Part shown: piece by piece, positions 37,460-48,100 of the stretch | How the letters are laid out: each line of letters opens with the position of its first letter | How positions within the stretch are numbered: position 1 is the first letter of the stretch | Assembly: GCF_002087085.1 (NCBI RefSeq) | Contig: NZ_MWQY01000002.1 | Coordinates: 186,001-250,000 of the forward strand | Direction of reading: 5' to 3' | Length of the DNA stretch: 64,000 nt | Notes under the pieces: model-generated | The model's database searches: none | Told to the model about the DNA's origin: nothing | Seen by the model: only the letters and a program-made list of their open reading frames with translations | Position numbers and translations under genes: made by a program

Positions 37460-38149
37460 ATGCGAAATATCCACTTTGAAACCGACTACATCAAGAACCC
37501 CGCGGGCAGCTGCCTGGCCAGCTTCGGGGATACCAGGGTGATCTGCACCGCTACAATTGAATCGAAGGTGCCCCCTTTCCTGGAAGGCAAGGGGACCGGC
37601 TGGCTCACCGCTGAGTACGCCATGCTTCCGGGAAGTACCGGAGGCGGCCGAAAACGACGGGACGGAGCCAAAAGGGACGGCCGGGGGGTGGAAATAAGCC
37701 GCCTTATCGGGCGGTCCCTCCGGGCAGCGATAGACCTTGCATCCCTGGGAGAGACGAGCATCGTCATAGACTGTGACGTTCTGCAGGCCGACGGGGGCAC
37801 ACGCACTGCTGCCATATCCGGCGGATGGGTCGCCCTTTACAGGGCCCTTCAGAAACTGGCGGAGATCCAGGGAACAAGCGGTCCGGAGGCCTATCTCCTG
37901 GGTCAGGTAGCTGCGGTAAGCGTTGGCATTGTCGATGGAGAGCTGATCTGTGATCTGGACTACTACCATGATTCCCGGGCAGCGGTGGACATGAATGTAG
38001 TAATGAGGGACGGCTCCCTGGTGGAAGTCCAGGGCACCGGGGAAAAGAACGTCTTTGAACGAGAGGCCCTGAACCGACTGCTCGATTCCGCGGAGGAAGG
38101 GATAGCCCGAATACGCGAAGCCCAGCGAAGAGCCCTGGGAATCTCCTGA
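37460..38149 (+). CDS. rph: Ribonuclease PH
   Basis: GSCL..FGDT.VIC, GWLTAEYAMLP, EISRLIGRSLRA, DCDVLQADGGTRTA.I.G, DMNVV, EVQGTGE. Confidence 0.95.
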   Translation: MRNIHFETDYIKNPAGSCLASFGDTRVICTATIESKVPPFLEGKGTGWLTAEYAMLPGSTGGGRKRRDGAKRDGRGVEISRLIGRSLRAAIDLASLGETSIVIDCDVLQADGGTRTAAISGGWVALYRALQKLAEIQGTSGPEAYLLGQVAAVSVGIVDGELICDLDYYHDSRAAVDMNVVMRDGSLVEVQGTGEKNVFEREALNRLLDSAEEGIARIREAQRRALGIS

Positions 38150-38158
38150 GAAACAGAA

Positions 38159-38186
38159 GAGCCCGCCTGAATAATCGGCGGGCTCA
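38159..38186. terminator. Hairpin between convergent rph and lipoprotein genes
   Basis: GAGCCCGCC-TGAATAATC-GGCGGGCTC. Confidence 0.5.
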
Positions 38187-38220
38187 TGTATCAAGCCTTA
38201 CACATTACAGATCCCGGTAA

Positions 38221-39057
38221 TCAGTAGGATTCCAGGCGGGTCGTATACCCGCGTTTGTGAGACAGCAGCTCACCCACAAGGCTTGAATTGTCGCTGACAT
38301 TCTGCCAGGAGTATTTTACCAAGTCTCCGGGAACATCCTTCACGAGCCACCATTCATAGCGTACTTCGTAGGATTCCGAAGCTTCCGCGCCATCCTCGGC
38401 AGTATAGGAATCCTCGATCAGCACGTGCTCAGCCTGATAGGTCCCGGCGGGAACAACAACCCTCTCGGTTCCTGTAACATATTCTCCGTAGTCACCCTCG
38501 AAATACCCGACCTCGGGTTCCTCTTCCATCTCCTCATCGTCTGCAGTTTCTTCCGCAGATTCATCCTGCTCAGGCACCCATTCCCGAATCGCATCGGTCT
38601 CGGGATCGTGATAGCGGAATTTAACAATAGTATAATCAGAGTCCAGCAGGGCCTCGGAGATGAACTCATCTTCGCCCTCCGCCCTGTAGGCAAGAAACCA
38701 CCAGGCAGTACCGTCGGTATTCCGCTTCAGCAGGGCCCGTTCAACCTCCAGGGTCTCGCTTCCATCGTTATCCTTTGCCGTCAGTATCCAGGCGACCCCT
38801 TCTCCCTCGGTAAAATCCTCGTAGCCGTAGCCATAGCCCCCGGCATAAAAGACCTGAGTGTAGATAAGAGTGGCAAGAACCGCATCTTCCAGTTCGCCGA
38901 TACCCATGGCGTCCGCCACAGCCTGGCCCATGCGAGCTTCCGTCTTTGCCATGAGATTGCCGGATACAATGTCATCCACAGAAACACATCCGGTAAAGAC
39001 CAGAATCAGGGCAGAACCAATCAGAACAGCTTTACTGAGCTTCTTGATAGGCTTCAT
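38221..39057 (-). CDS. Acidic lipoprotein of unknown function
   Basis: Lipobox VFTGC; AGGAG SD; E.V.VPAGTY motif. Confidence 0.75.
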   Translation of the reverse strand: MKPIKKLSKAVLIGSALILVFTGCVSVDDIVSGNLMAKTEARMGQAVADAMGIGELEDAVLATLIYTQVFYAGGYGYGYEDFTEGEGVAWILTAKDNDGSETLEVERALLKRNTDGTAWWFLAYRAEGEDEFISEALLDSDYTIVKFRYHDPETDAIREWVPEQDESAEETADDEEMEEEPEVGYFEGDYGEYVTGTERVVVPAGTYQAEHVLIEDSYTAEDGAEASESYEVRYEWWLVKDVPGDLVKYSWQNVSDNSSLVGELLSHKRGYTTRLESY

Positions 39058-39184
39058 TTTGTTCTCCTTTGTAAATATTTAAATCTGTTAAGGTTGCTCT
39101 ATCAAAAAGCATAGTAACATCCTGACAGGTTGTAAAGCAAAACATTGACACCGACACCGGATATTTACTACTATGCATCTGCAC

Positions 39185-39257
<73 letters not shown>

Positions 39258-39258
<1 letters not shown>

Positions 39259-39293
39259 AAAAAATAGCCGGCCTTTTGGCCGGTTATTTTTTT
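39258..39293 (+). terminator. Rho-independent terminator after tRNA-Arg
   Basis: AAAAAAATAGCCGGCC-TTTT-GGCCGGTTATTTTTT. Confidence 0.8.
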
Positions 39294-39309
39294 ATGCCTG
39301 ATGTGTGCT

Positions 39310-39821
39310 GAACGCATGACAGCGTTGAGAATCGCGCCAAGCAGTTCGCAACGCGAACTGCAAGCCCAAGCTTGCGGCAGGGTTTTCCGCAGGAAAATCC
39401 CGAGAGCAAGCGCAGCGGCCCGGGGCACGTGTTTATCCCCCCGCCGAACGCATGACAGCGTTGAGAATCGCGCCCAGCAGTTCGCAACGCGAACTGCCAG
39501 CCCAAGCTTGCGGCAGGCGGAAGCGTCAGCGTCCGCCGAGAGCAAGCGCAGCGGTCGGGGGCACGTGTTTATCCCCCTGCCGAACGCATGCATGCGTTCG
39601 AATCGCGCCCGGCAATCCGCTCCTGCGGATTGCAAGCCCAAGCTTGCGGCAGGGTTTTCCGCAGGAAAATCCCGAGAGCAAGCGCAGCGGTCGGGGGCAC
39701 GTGTTTATCCCCCTGCCGAACGCATGACAGCGGTGAGAATCACGCCCAGCAGTTCGCAACGCGAACTGCCAGCCCAAGCTTGCGGCAGGGTTTTCCAAAG
39801 GAAAATCCCGGGAGCAAGCGC
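39310..39821. repeat. Tandem array of 136-bp structured repeats (3.8 units) containing tRNA-Arg-derived segments
   Basis: GAACGCATG anchor at 39310, 39446, 39582, 39718; each unit has two hairpin modules. Confidence 0.9.
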
Positions 39822-39895
39822 CGGATCGATATGCTCCTGATTCGATTCTTTCAAAATACTCCCTTCGGGTGTATTATTTATACAGGGCTGCAGGC

Positions 39896-41321
39896 ATGAA
39901 AAAAAACCTTTTGCTGCTCATTCTCTTCCTTGTTCTTATCGACACTCTCACCGCACTTTCGGGAATTGAACTCTATAACCAGGGACGCCTGTATGAGGCA
40001 AAAGAGGCCCTGGAACATGCAGTCCAGTCCCACCGGGCGGGAGTAGCGGAAATGGCTGTCCTTGGCATGACCTATACCCGCCTTGGAATGTATTCAAAGG
40101 CGGAGCAGATACTGGATGAGGCCCTTGCCCGGGCACCGGAGGATCCCCGGGTGCTCAATGCACTGGCCATGCTGGAGTTCAGCACCGGCAATTATTCGGC
40201 TGCTTTCGACTGGCTCGACCGCACCGGGAAGGGGGGGGACGAATTTTCCCCGGAGCACGCAAACCCTGGTTGAGACACTCATTAATCGGGCAGTTCATCT
40301 GTACCAGGAGGGGAATTTCGACCAGGCTGCCGGGGCCCTGGAGGAGGCCCGCAAACTGGACCCGATCAATCCACGGGTCATTGCCATGCTTATCCAGCTG
40401 CACAGGCAGGAGGGACATTCCGAAGGACTCATAGAGCTGTACCGGGATTTTGTTAAATTAGAGCCGGAGAATGCACAGGCCCATGCCGAACTGGGGGTTC
40501 TCCTGGAAGAAACCGGCCAATCCTCAGCCGCGGAAGCATCATTTCTGCAGGCTGAACTCTACGGCACCGATGAGCCCTATCCCTACCTGTACCTGGCACT
40601 TCGCGCAGTCCAGGGCCAGGTACCGCTTTCGGAGCTGCGCACCCGGCTCCATCTGGCTATCGGGAAGGCCGTCCACAAGATTGCTTCTATCCGGCTCCAG
40701 GCGGCCGGGACCTTTCAACAACACAAGGGAGACCTGAGCACCGAGGAACTCGAAGCATTACAGGAGCTTACAAGCCATACTGAACAACCGAAACAGATAC
40801 TCAGAGAGTCCCTTGTCCTGCTGAAAGAGAGTTACTCCCGGCCGGCGGAGTACAAACTGGACCTGCAGCGGCTGATTGAATGGTATCCCCACAGTATAGA
40901 GCTACGTTGTACCCTGGGCAGCTTCATGGAGGAGCAGTCCCGTCATGACGAAGCTCTCGCACACTGGCGGGAGATGATCTCAGATTTCCCGACCTTAGCC
41001 GAAGCCCATGCTGGAATGGCCCGCAGTCTGAATGCCCTCGACCAAAATCAGGCGGCAAAGGTGGCTTACCGCCGGGCACGGGATCTCGACCCGGAAAACC
41101 CCGGGTTGTACCGTGGGCTGTATCAGCTATACGCCGCCGAAGGACGGAAGCAGGAGCTGCTGCAGCTGTATGCAGATATTTACGAGCGGGAACGCACCAA
41201 TTCAACGCTTATCCGTTCCTGGGCCGAACTGGAGGAAGATCTCGGACTCACGGAACAGGCCACGGTCCACCGCCTCCGGGCTGCTGAGCTGGAGCAGCGT
41301 CGGGAGAACGGACAGGAGTAA
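39896..41321 (+). pseudogene. Exported TPR protein, frameshifted at a G8 tract (40231-40238)
   Basis: Signal peptide plus TPRs in the first frame stop at 40273; TPRs continue in the +1 frame to 41321; G7 would fuse them (TGKGG|TNFPRSTQTLVE). Confidence 0.75.
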
Positions 41322-41335
41322 CGAAAAAGAATCCA

Positions 41336-43156
41336 CTAAAAATCATACACAAGATTCAACGAAAAAACCCAGTACAGTTTATCTTCGTCATTCTCCTCAT
41401 AACTGCTCAAAGTAAAATCCCCATTCAGGGAGTACCCTCCCCGGAGAGGAACCTTCACTCCCGAACTGATATCCTGCCGCAGTCCCCGATAGCCGTGGGC
41501 TATACCATAATCCGCTGTTAACGAAACTGGAGCTCCCTTTCCCGCGAGAGAAAGCCCGGTGGTATAATGATAGTAGTTCCCTGGATCTCCATCGATGGAT
41601 ACGCGGTTTATCCATTCCCACTGAAATCCGACCCGTCCGGAAAGCGCCTGGTTCAGCGGGAAGGCAACTTTCATCAAGGCCGACGAGAGGATATCGTCTC
41701 CGGTGGAATCGCTGCTCACATCCACCGTCTCCGAGGCATCCACCCTGTACTCAATAAAATTGATAAGGGGCTTGACGCTAAGCCCGGCGGCATACTGCTG
41801 TTCCCATTGGGCTGGCTCATCCTCTTCCCTGATGCTGGAGAGTGCGGCGGAACTCCGGTAGCTCAGTCCCGGGTCCGGAGAATGACGGAAATCGAGTTCC
41901 ACCTCCTGGTTCCAGGTTTCCCCCTCCACCTGCCAGACATATCCCCCCTGATACTCCCCATCCAGATTCATCCTCTCCGTCGGCATAAGGGCCGCCTTCA
42001 GCTGCCAGTCAATGGTATCCTTTACACGGTCTCCGTTTTCGCTGCGGATAAAGCTTGAAGAACTGTTTCCCGATATCTCCGTAAGTTCTTCTCTACCGTG
42101 CCAGCCAAGCAGGAGCAGCAGATCATGGCTCAGGTTCCCGCCCTCGGCCTTTGTAAAGGTATACTCCGGACCGGCAAACCAGCCTTCCGGGGGCAGATAA
42201 TTCAGCCCTACTCCGCTCCTCCAGGAATTCTGGTAATCTTCATAATCAACCCCTTCTCCACTGCTCCAGGCATCCACCCGGGAAGCTTTAAGAGTGGTAT
42301 CGAAAAACTCCCGGGGAGCCCAGTTGATTCCCAGACCGGACTCCATGCTGGTGGAGCGCAAATCGGAGCTGTCTGTTTCACTGCGGTTGTAAAGGGGGCT
42401 CAGACTCACCAGTACAGCCAGCTGCTCTTGTACAGGCACGGAGACTGTGAGTTTGCCGACGGTGGCAAGACTTTCAGTCATCTCTTCCCTGTCATTTTCA
42501 TAGTCGAGATTGCCCCGCAGGTCCACACCAAGGGTCCCGATCGTACCGACTGTCTTGAAGCCAAGTTCATCGCTGCGGCTTGATTCAGTCTCTATACCTT
42601 CATCCTGGCGGTTTACCCAGACAGATTGATACTCCAGACTCATGGGCATGGTTTCAAGCAGTCCCGATGAAACTGCAGCAGAAAATCGGGCATCCGAATC
42701 TTCGGTGGACAGATCTTCAGCAGTACTCAGGCTCTGGCTGAAACCTCCCGAGGTTTTCAATTGAAAACTCTCCAGGTCGAGGGCCAGGGTCCCGTCATAC
42801 TTCTGATCTTCCTTTACCGCCGACTGTACCCGCAGCGCCGCTGCATCAAAGGAAAGAAGGGCATCGCCGCCCAGAGGCTGCATCAGGGTCACCATGGAAT
42901 CGGTGGTAAAATCGTACAGTGTATCCCCGCTCTGGTCACGTCCTCCTTTACCGCCGACTGAAATCCTGCCGCTCAAATCCACACGGCCCGACTCCCGGAC
43001 CTGCACCGGATCAGAATAGGGGTTGCGCCAGGTGGCGCTTCCCGCCTCTTCTCCGGAGGGAGGAGGCTGACGAATAATCTGAACCTGGGGAACGACTGCC
43101 TGCAGCGACAGCAGGAGGCTTACGCACACCGCGCCCAGCAGTCGTTCCGGCTTCAT
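41336..43156 (-). CDS. Putative outer-membrane beta-barrel protein
   Basis: Signal peptide, amphipathic beta-strand pattern throughout, terminal FSLNLVYDF (BAM-type aromatic terminus). Confidence 0.75.
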   Translation of the reverse strand: MKPERLLGAVCVSLLLSLQAVVPQVQIIRQPPPSGEEAGSATWRNPYSDPVQVRESGRVDLSGRISVGGKGGRDQSGDTLYDFTTDSMVTLMQPLGGDALLSFDAAALRVQSAVKEDQKYDGTLALDLESFQLKTSGGFSQSLSTAEDLSTEDSDARFSAAVSSGLLETMPMSLEYQSVWVNRQDEGIETESSRSDELGFKTVGTIGTLGVDLRGNLDYENDREEMTESLATVGKLTVSVPVQEQLAVLVSLSPLYNRSETDSSDLRSTSMESGLGINWAPREFFDTTLKASRVDAWSSGEGVDYEDYQNSWRSGVGLNYLPPEGWFAGPEYTFTKAEGGNLSHDLLLLLGWHGREELTEISGNSSSSFIRSENGDRVKDTIDWQLKAALMPTERMNLDGEYQGGYVWQVEGETWNQEVELDFRHSPDPGLSYRSSAALSSIREEDEPAQWEQQYAAGLSVKPLINFIEYRVDASETVDVSSDSTGDDILSSALMKVAFPLNQALSGRVGFQWEWINRVSIDGDPGNYYHYTTGLSLAGKGAPVSLTADYGIAHGYRGLRQDISSGVKVPLRGGYSLNGDFTLSSYEENDEDKLYWVFSLNLVYDF

Positions 43157-45132
43157 CGCACCTGAACCTCCTGCCGCCGGCCTTCATTGCCGGAGGTATC
43201 AACGGCGCTCACCGCGTACACAATTCCCGCCCTGCCGCTGCGGTCCAGGTAGGTCGGCCTCCCCTCTATCCGGGCCAGCAGCCGGGTGGGTTTTCCCCCG
43301 GGATAATCGGAGCGGTAGACCATATACAGCTTTACATCAGAGTCCGGCGACGGTTCCCAGCGCAATCGAACGCCCCTTTTATCCAGATCCGCCGAAAGTT
43401 CCACCGGCGGACGCGGCGGGTTTATATCCGTCGGCACTATCTCCAGGACTATGCTGGGCTCGCCCTCGTTTCCGCTGCTGTCCAGGGCTGTTACCTGATA
43501 CGAATAGGGAATTCCCCGTTCAACTCCTTCATCCAGCCACTGGACAGCTGTTGCAGGCATCTCCGCCACCACGGTGTAACGCCTGCCCTGGCTGCGGTAA
43601 ATGCGGTATCCGGCAAGGTCGAAGCAGAGCAGAGGCTGCCAGGAGATCCGCACCGAACCTTCTCTGGTGGGGCGCAGCGCAAAGCCTGCGGGGCTCCCGG
43701 GGGGGATCTTGTCGGGTATAGTTACTGCAACCACCTCCCTGGGCCCCTCGTTATAGGAGGCATCCACGGCGGATACCCCGTAGACCAGGGATTTTCCCGG
43801 TTCCAGGCCGCGCTCAGCATAACCGGAATCGGTATATGAGACCCGCCGGTCGGGCTGAAGCGGAGAGGCGGTGATCCTCATCAGGGTGGAGGCATCCGCT
43901 CCGCTGTAGACGTAGTATCCGGACAGGTCCGCATCCGACGGGCCCCGCCAGGAAAGCTCCACGCTGCGGGCCTCTTCGTCCACCCTGGCGGACAGTCTTT
44001 CAACTGCCCCGGGCGGCTGCATATCCTCCGCCAGCAGCGGGGCCGGACCGGAGAGGGGGCTCTCGTTTCCCCGGCTGTCCACCGCGCGTACCCGGTAATA
44101 GACCGGGACTCCCCGGGGAGCATCCTGGTCCACAAAGCGCGGTTTATCGTATGAGACGGGCCTGTCGTTCAGCTGCTCCAGGTCTGCCTCGTCATCCACC
44201 GAGAAGCTGCGAAAAACATCGTAGTGGCTTACATCCAGCTCCGGCGACATTTTCCAGATAAGCAGGACGTCGTCTCCCCGGTCCCGGGCTTTCAGACCCG
44301 TGGGTACCAGGGGTGCCGTTGTGTCTTCGATGCGCAGCTCCCCGCTTTCTGTCCGGGAGCTGATGACACCGATGATATCCTGGGCGACTACCCCATAGGT
44401 ATAGCGCTCACCGATCTGCACCTTGTCGTCAAAGGCGTTCAGATAGCCGTCGATTCTCAGGACTGGTGCAGGACTCAGAACTTCGAAGGGCCCGCTGCCG
44501 CGACGCCGCAGTACGACAAATCCTGCGGTCATGTCCTCCTCGCCCCCTGCGAAGGCAGGATATTCCCACTGGATGGATACAATACCGTCCGAGTATTCCG
44601 CCGTCACCTTTTTCGGCGCCGGCGGCTGTTCGGCATCGCCGAGGCGTATTCGTTTCTCATACCGGCCGATCTCGTCCCCGGAGGAGTCGAAAAGCAGGAC
44701 TCGATAATCATAGCGCTGTCCGGATTCAACATTGGTGTCGACCCAGGTTCGTCCAAGGGCCAGGCGCAGACCATGGCTCAGAAGAGCATACGCCTGGGCC
44801 AGGTTCCGGTCCATCCTGAGCCTGCGCCAGACCACCTGGGGATCCATACTGTCCAGCTTCCGGGAAATCCAGCGGAAGTCGCTGCCCATCAGCTGCACCG
44901 CTTCATGAGCGTTCTCTGCAGCAGTCACCGGCTCCGGGGTCTGCAGCTCATAATCGCGGTCCCGGCGCCCCTTTCGATAGACCCTGAAAGCATGCACGGT
45001 GGGGGGAGTATCTCCCAATACCACCAGTATTCTGTCAGTGGCCGGGACCAGGTAGACCAAAGGAGCATCCTGCGCAAGGAGAACCGAAGCGCACAGAAGG
45101 AACAAGCCGGTGCAGACACGCACTTGTTTCAT
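43153..45132 (-). CDS. Exported multi-fibronectin-type-III protein
   Basis: Signal peptide; about six FN3 modules (PP.P..L..., W, Y.VYR, Y.V.A.D..GNE). Confidence 0.88.
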   Translation of the reverse strand: MKQVRVCTGLFLLCASVLLAQDAPLVYLVPATDRILVVLGDTPPTVHAFRVYRKGRRDRDYELQTPEPVTAAENAHEAVQLMGSDFRWISRKLDSMDPQVVWRRLRMDRNLAQAYALLSHGLRLALGRTWVDTNVESGQRYDYRVLLFDSSGDEIGRYEKRIRLGDAEQPPAPKKVTAEYSDGIVSIQWEYPAFAGGEEDMTAGFVVLRRRGSGPFEVLSPAPVLRIDGYLNAFDDKVQIGERYTYGVVAQDIIGVISSRTESGELRIEDTTAPLVPTGLKARDRGDDVLLIWKMSPELDVSHYDVFRSFSVDDEADLEQLNDRPVSYDKPRFVDQDAPRGVPVYYRVRAVDSRGNESPLSGPAPLLAEDMQPPGAVERLSARVDEEARSVELSWRGPSDADLSGYYVYSGADASTLMRITASPLQPDRRVSYTDSGYAERGLEPGKSLVYGVSAVDASYNEGPREVVAVTIPDKIPPGSPAGFALRPTREGSVRISWQPLLCFDLAGYRIYRSQGRRYTVVAEMPATAVQWLDEGVERGIPYSYQVTALDSSGNEGEPSIVLEIVPTDINPPRPPVELSADLDKRGVRLRWEPSPDSDVKLYMVYRSDYPGGKPTRLLARIEGRPTYLDRSGRAGIVYAVSAVDTSGNEGRRQEVQVR

Positions 45133-48100
45133 CGCACCCTCCTTACCCCCGGAATTCGACCGTCGGAGTCCTGCCGTTCATCCAGCTGTATCAGGTCACC
45201 CTCCTTGGGGCGGACCAGCTCGATTATCACGGGAGCAGCCCCCCACTGAAGTCCGGTACCGTTTTTCACCTCGAAATCGATCCGGTATTCCCGGCCGTAC
45301 TCAAGCCCGGGAGCCGGAAAATTACGGATTCGTATGGGCAGCGACACCCCTCCCTCGGGGGTCGACTCCACCGCTATCCATTCGCTGCTTACCCACTGCT
45401 GCACCGGCCCGCCCAGCACGCGGAAGACACTGTAACGGTAGGCCTGAATCCCGGATTGACGGTCGGAGGCTTCCAGGCGGCAGGAGAGCTGGTCTGTACG
45501 GTATTGCTGAGAATTCGCCAGGAGCCTGACAGAATCCGGAGGACTCGAATCAAATATGATCGGGATCGAAGCAGCCACACTGCTCAGGCCTGCCCCGTTG
45601 GTCACGCGGACCACAGCGTACACCCGTCCCTGCAGGTTCAGACCGGTTCGGGTTATTGCATACTCCGTATCCAGCCCGGAATCGAAGACCAGGGGATCGC
45701 CTATCTGAATCATCCCGCTGGGGCCCATGGGCACCATGCCCCCTTCCGCGGCGGCGGCCTCGTCCTGCCCGGCATCTCCGGCCCCAGGGGGAGGCAGATC
45801 ACCAAAACTGCCGCCGTGTCCTTTACCGAGATAGTAGGGGGGCTCGCTCACATCGATCTCGACCCAGTCCAGGATATCCGGGCGCCACTCATCTTCGTTT
45901 AAAGCCATGCTGCTGATCCCGTAGGCGTATTTGACGATGCCCGACTCTTCGTCAGAAACGCTGTTCCAGCCAATGGACAACTGTGATCCATCCGTGGAGT
46001 TCTGCTGGGGCGCGGTAATCACCATGGTAACCGGCGGCGGAGTCGAATCATTGAAACTGAACTCCAGCCCTTCGCTCACCGTGCTTTCGAGGCCGACGCT
46101 GTTCGCCGCTTTTATTGACAGGTAAAAGGTTTCTCCCTCAGCAAGGGGCAGGTTGGCAACCCGTCCGAAATCGAGGCCCATTTCGGTCCACGGAAACAGG
46201 TCATCCGCTGCCGGGGACCTGCCGAGAGCCATATAATGAGCGACTATCTCCGTTTCAGGCTCCTCTGCAAAGCTGTACTCGAAGCGGATGGAGTTGGGAT
46301 ACTCATCCACCGTTTCCTGCACCAGCTGGAGTATTGCCTGCCCCTCCGGCGGGGTAAGGTCTACCAGGACAGGATCGGAGGAGTGTACGTTCTGCAGCCC
46401 CACCCCGTTGGTCACCCGGACGCTTACCACGTACTCATGTCCATGCTGCAGATTGAGGTTCTTTATAAGTGCCGTCGTGCGTCCCCCGGCATCGGTCCAG
46501 GAAAGCACATCCGTCGGCACATCCGGCAGGGCGTCCCCTCCGCCGCCGAAATACCCCGGCTCTCCGGCCGGCTCCAGGGCGGAACCGAAACCAGGCAGAT
46601 AGATCACGCCTTCACCGCCGTTATCCATAACTGAATCTTCATCCCCTTCAGGTGCAGAGACAGTGCCCACGGCATATTCGTACTTGCGAATGCCGGATTC
46701 GGGATCTATGGCGCTCCATTCGGCGTACAGCTCCTCCGGATTCGATGTGATCGATTCCGCCAGGGTCACCACCGGCCAGGAGGGGATGCTGTCGTCGCTG
46801 ATGTCCAGAGAGCTGATAAAGGGCTCTGCGTCATCTTCGGGGTCGAAGAAATGCATCTCGATGTCCCCCCTCCGATGGGTACTCAGGCCCCCGGCCCCCC
46901 GCGCCCGCAGGTCGAACTGGTAGTCCCGCTGGATTCTGTACGCCTGGAAGATCACATCCGCGGTGCTTGTCTGCATACCCGTCGAACGCCAGGGTTCATC
47001 ATAGCCGAAGGGGTGGATTTTTACCGCGTATTCCACAACCCCGACAGGATGCCCGGCTTCAAAATCCGTCCGGAAAAAGGCTGAGTACTGGTCTCCGCTG
47101 ACAAGCTCACCGTCCATCAGCTCGATCTCCGGCAGCTCGAGATACGGAGCGATTTCGCCACGTCTGGATTCGAAATAATCGCTCACCGGCACACCATCCT
47201 GAAGTTCTCCGAAAGGCCTGGCCGTTTTTTCATCTCCGATTACACGGGGCCCCGGGGTTCTGCCTGCAAGGACAGCACCACCGTCCCGCATCTGCAGGAT
47301 ATCGCTGTTTCCATCCGACGGCATGGAACCCGTCCCGTAGACCGCCAGCTTGTCGTAGATCTCATAGAGCAGCGAGTAGAGATCTGCCTTGCGGTCAAAA
47401 ACCGTATCCGAGATACCCGTTGCGGTCGCCCAGCTCTCACGAATAACAGTGCTGCTTTGATGAAAAGAGTCGATGGAGGAAGTAATCCGGTCCTCCGACA
47501 TCTCGATGGTCAATTCCCAGCCCCGCTTCGGCAGGTACCACCACAGCTCCATGCCGGTATCGATAAAACCCCGAGGGGTGCCTATATTTGCTTCATCGAT
47601 TGAATAATCCGCTTCCCCGCCCTGGGCCTCGATCAGCAGGTTGATCAGGGCTACGCGGCGAATATTCCACTCCCTGATTTCATTTGCACTCAAATTGGCG
47701 GCAGTCCAGCCCATCAACTCCCGGAGGACCTGCTCGGTGGGTGCACTTGTTATTCCCACAAAACTTCCGCTGCCGGCTATCTCGTCAGGAATCTCGGTAT
47801 ACTGCATCTCCTGCAGATTTTCGGTGGCCAGCTCGGCGTTTTCTAACTGGAAACGGATGTAGCGCTCAATGTAGTCAACCATGCTGTTGTGAATTTCACT
47901 GTAGCGCTCCATCAGAGCCGTAAAGGACTGCTCACTCTCAAAGAGAATCTCGTCAAGACGCTGCAGCTTTGAATCGAGCAGACCTGCCCGCTGGATAAAA
48001 GCGTCCTGGTACTCGGCAAAGCCCCCGCGCATACCCTCCATCTCCTGCTTCTGCTGCTCGAACTTTGCTTCATCGATATCAAATCCAACCTGTACAGTGC

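Noticed and set aside
39310..39821. CRISPR array
   Set aside because: Period is 136 bp, variable parts are hairpins reused between units rather than unique spacers, and there are no cas genes in the window.
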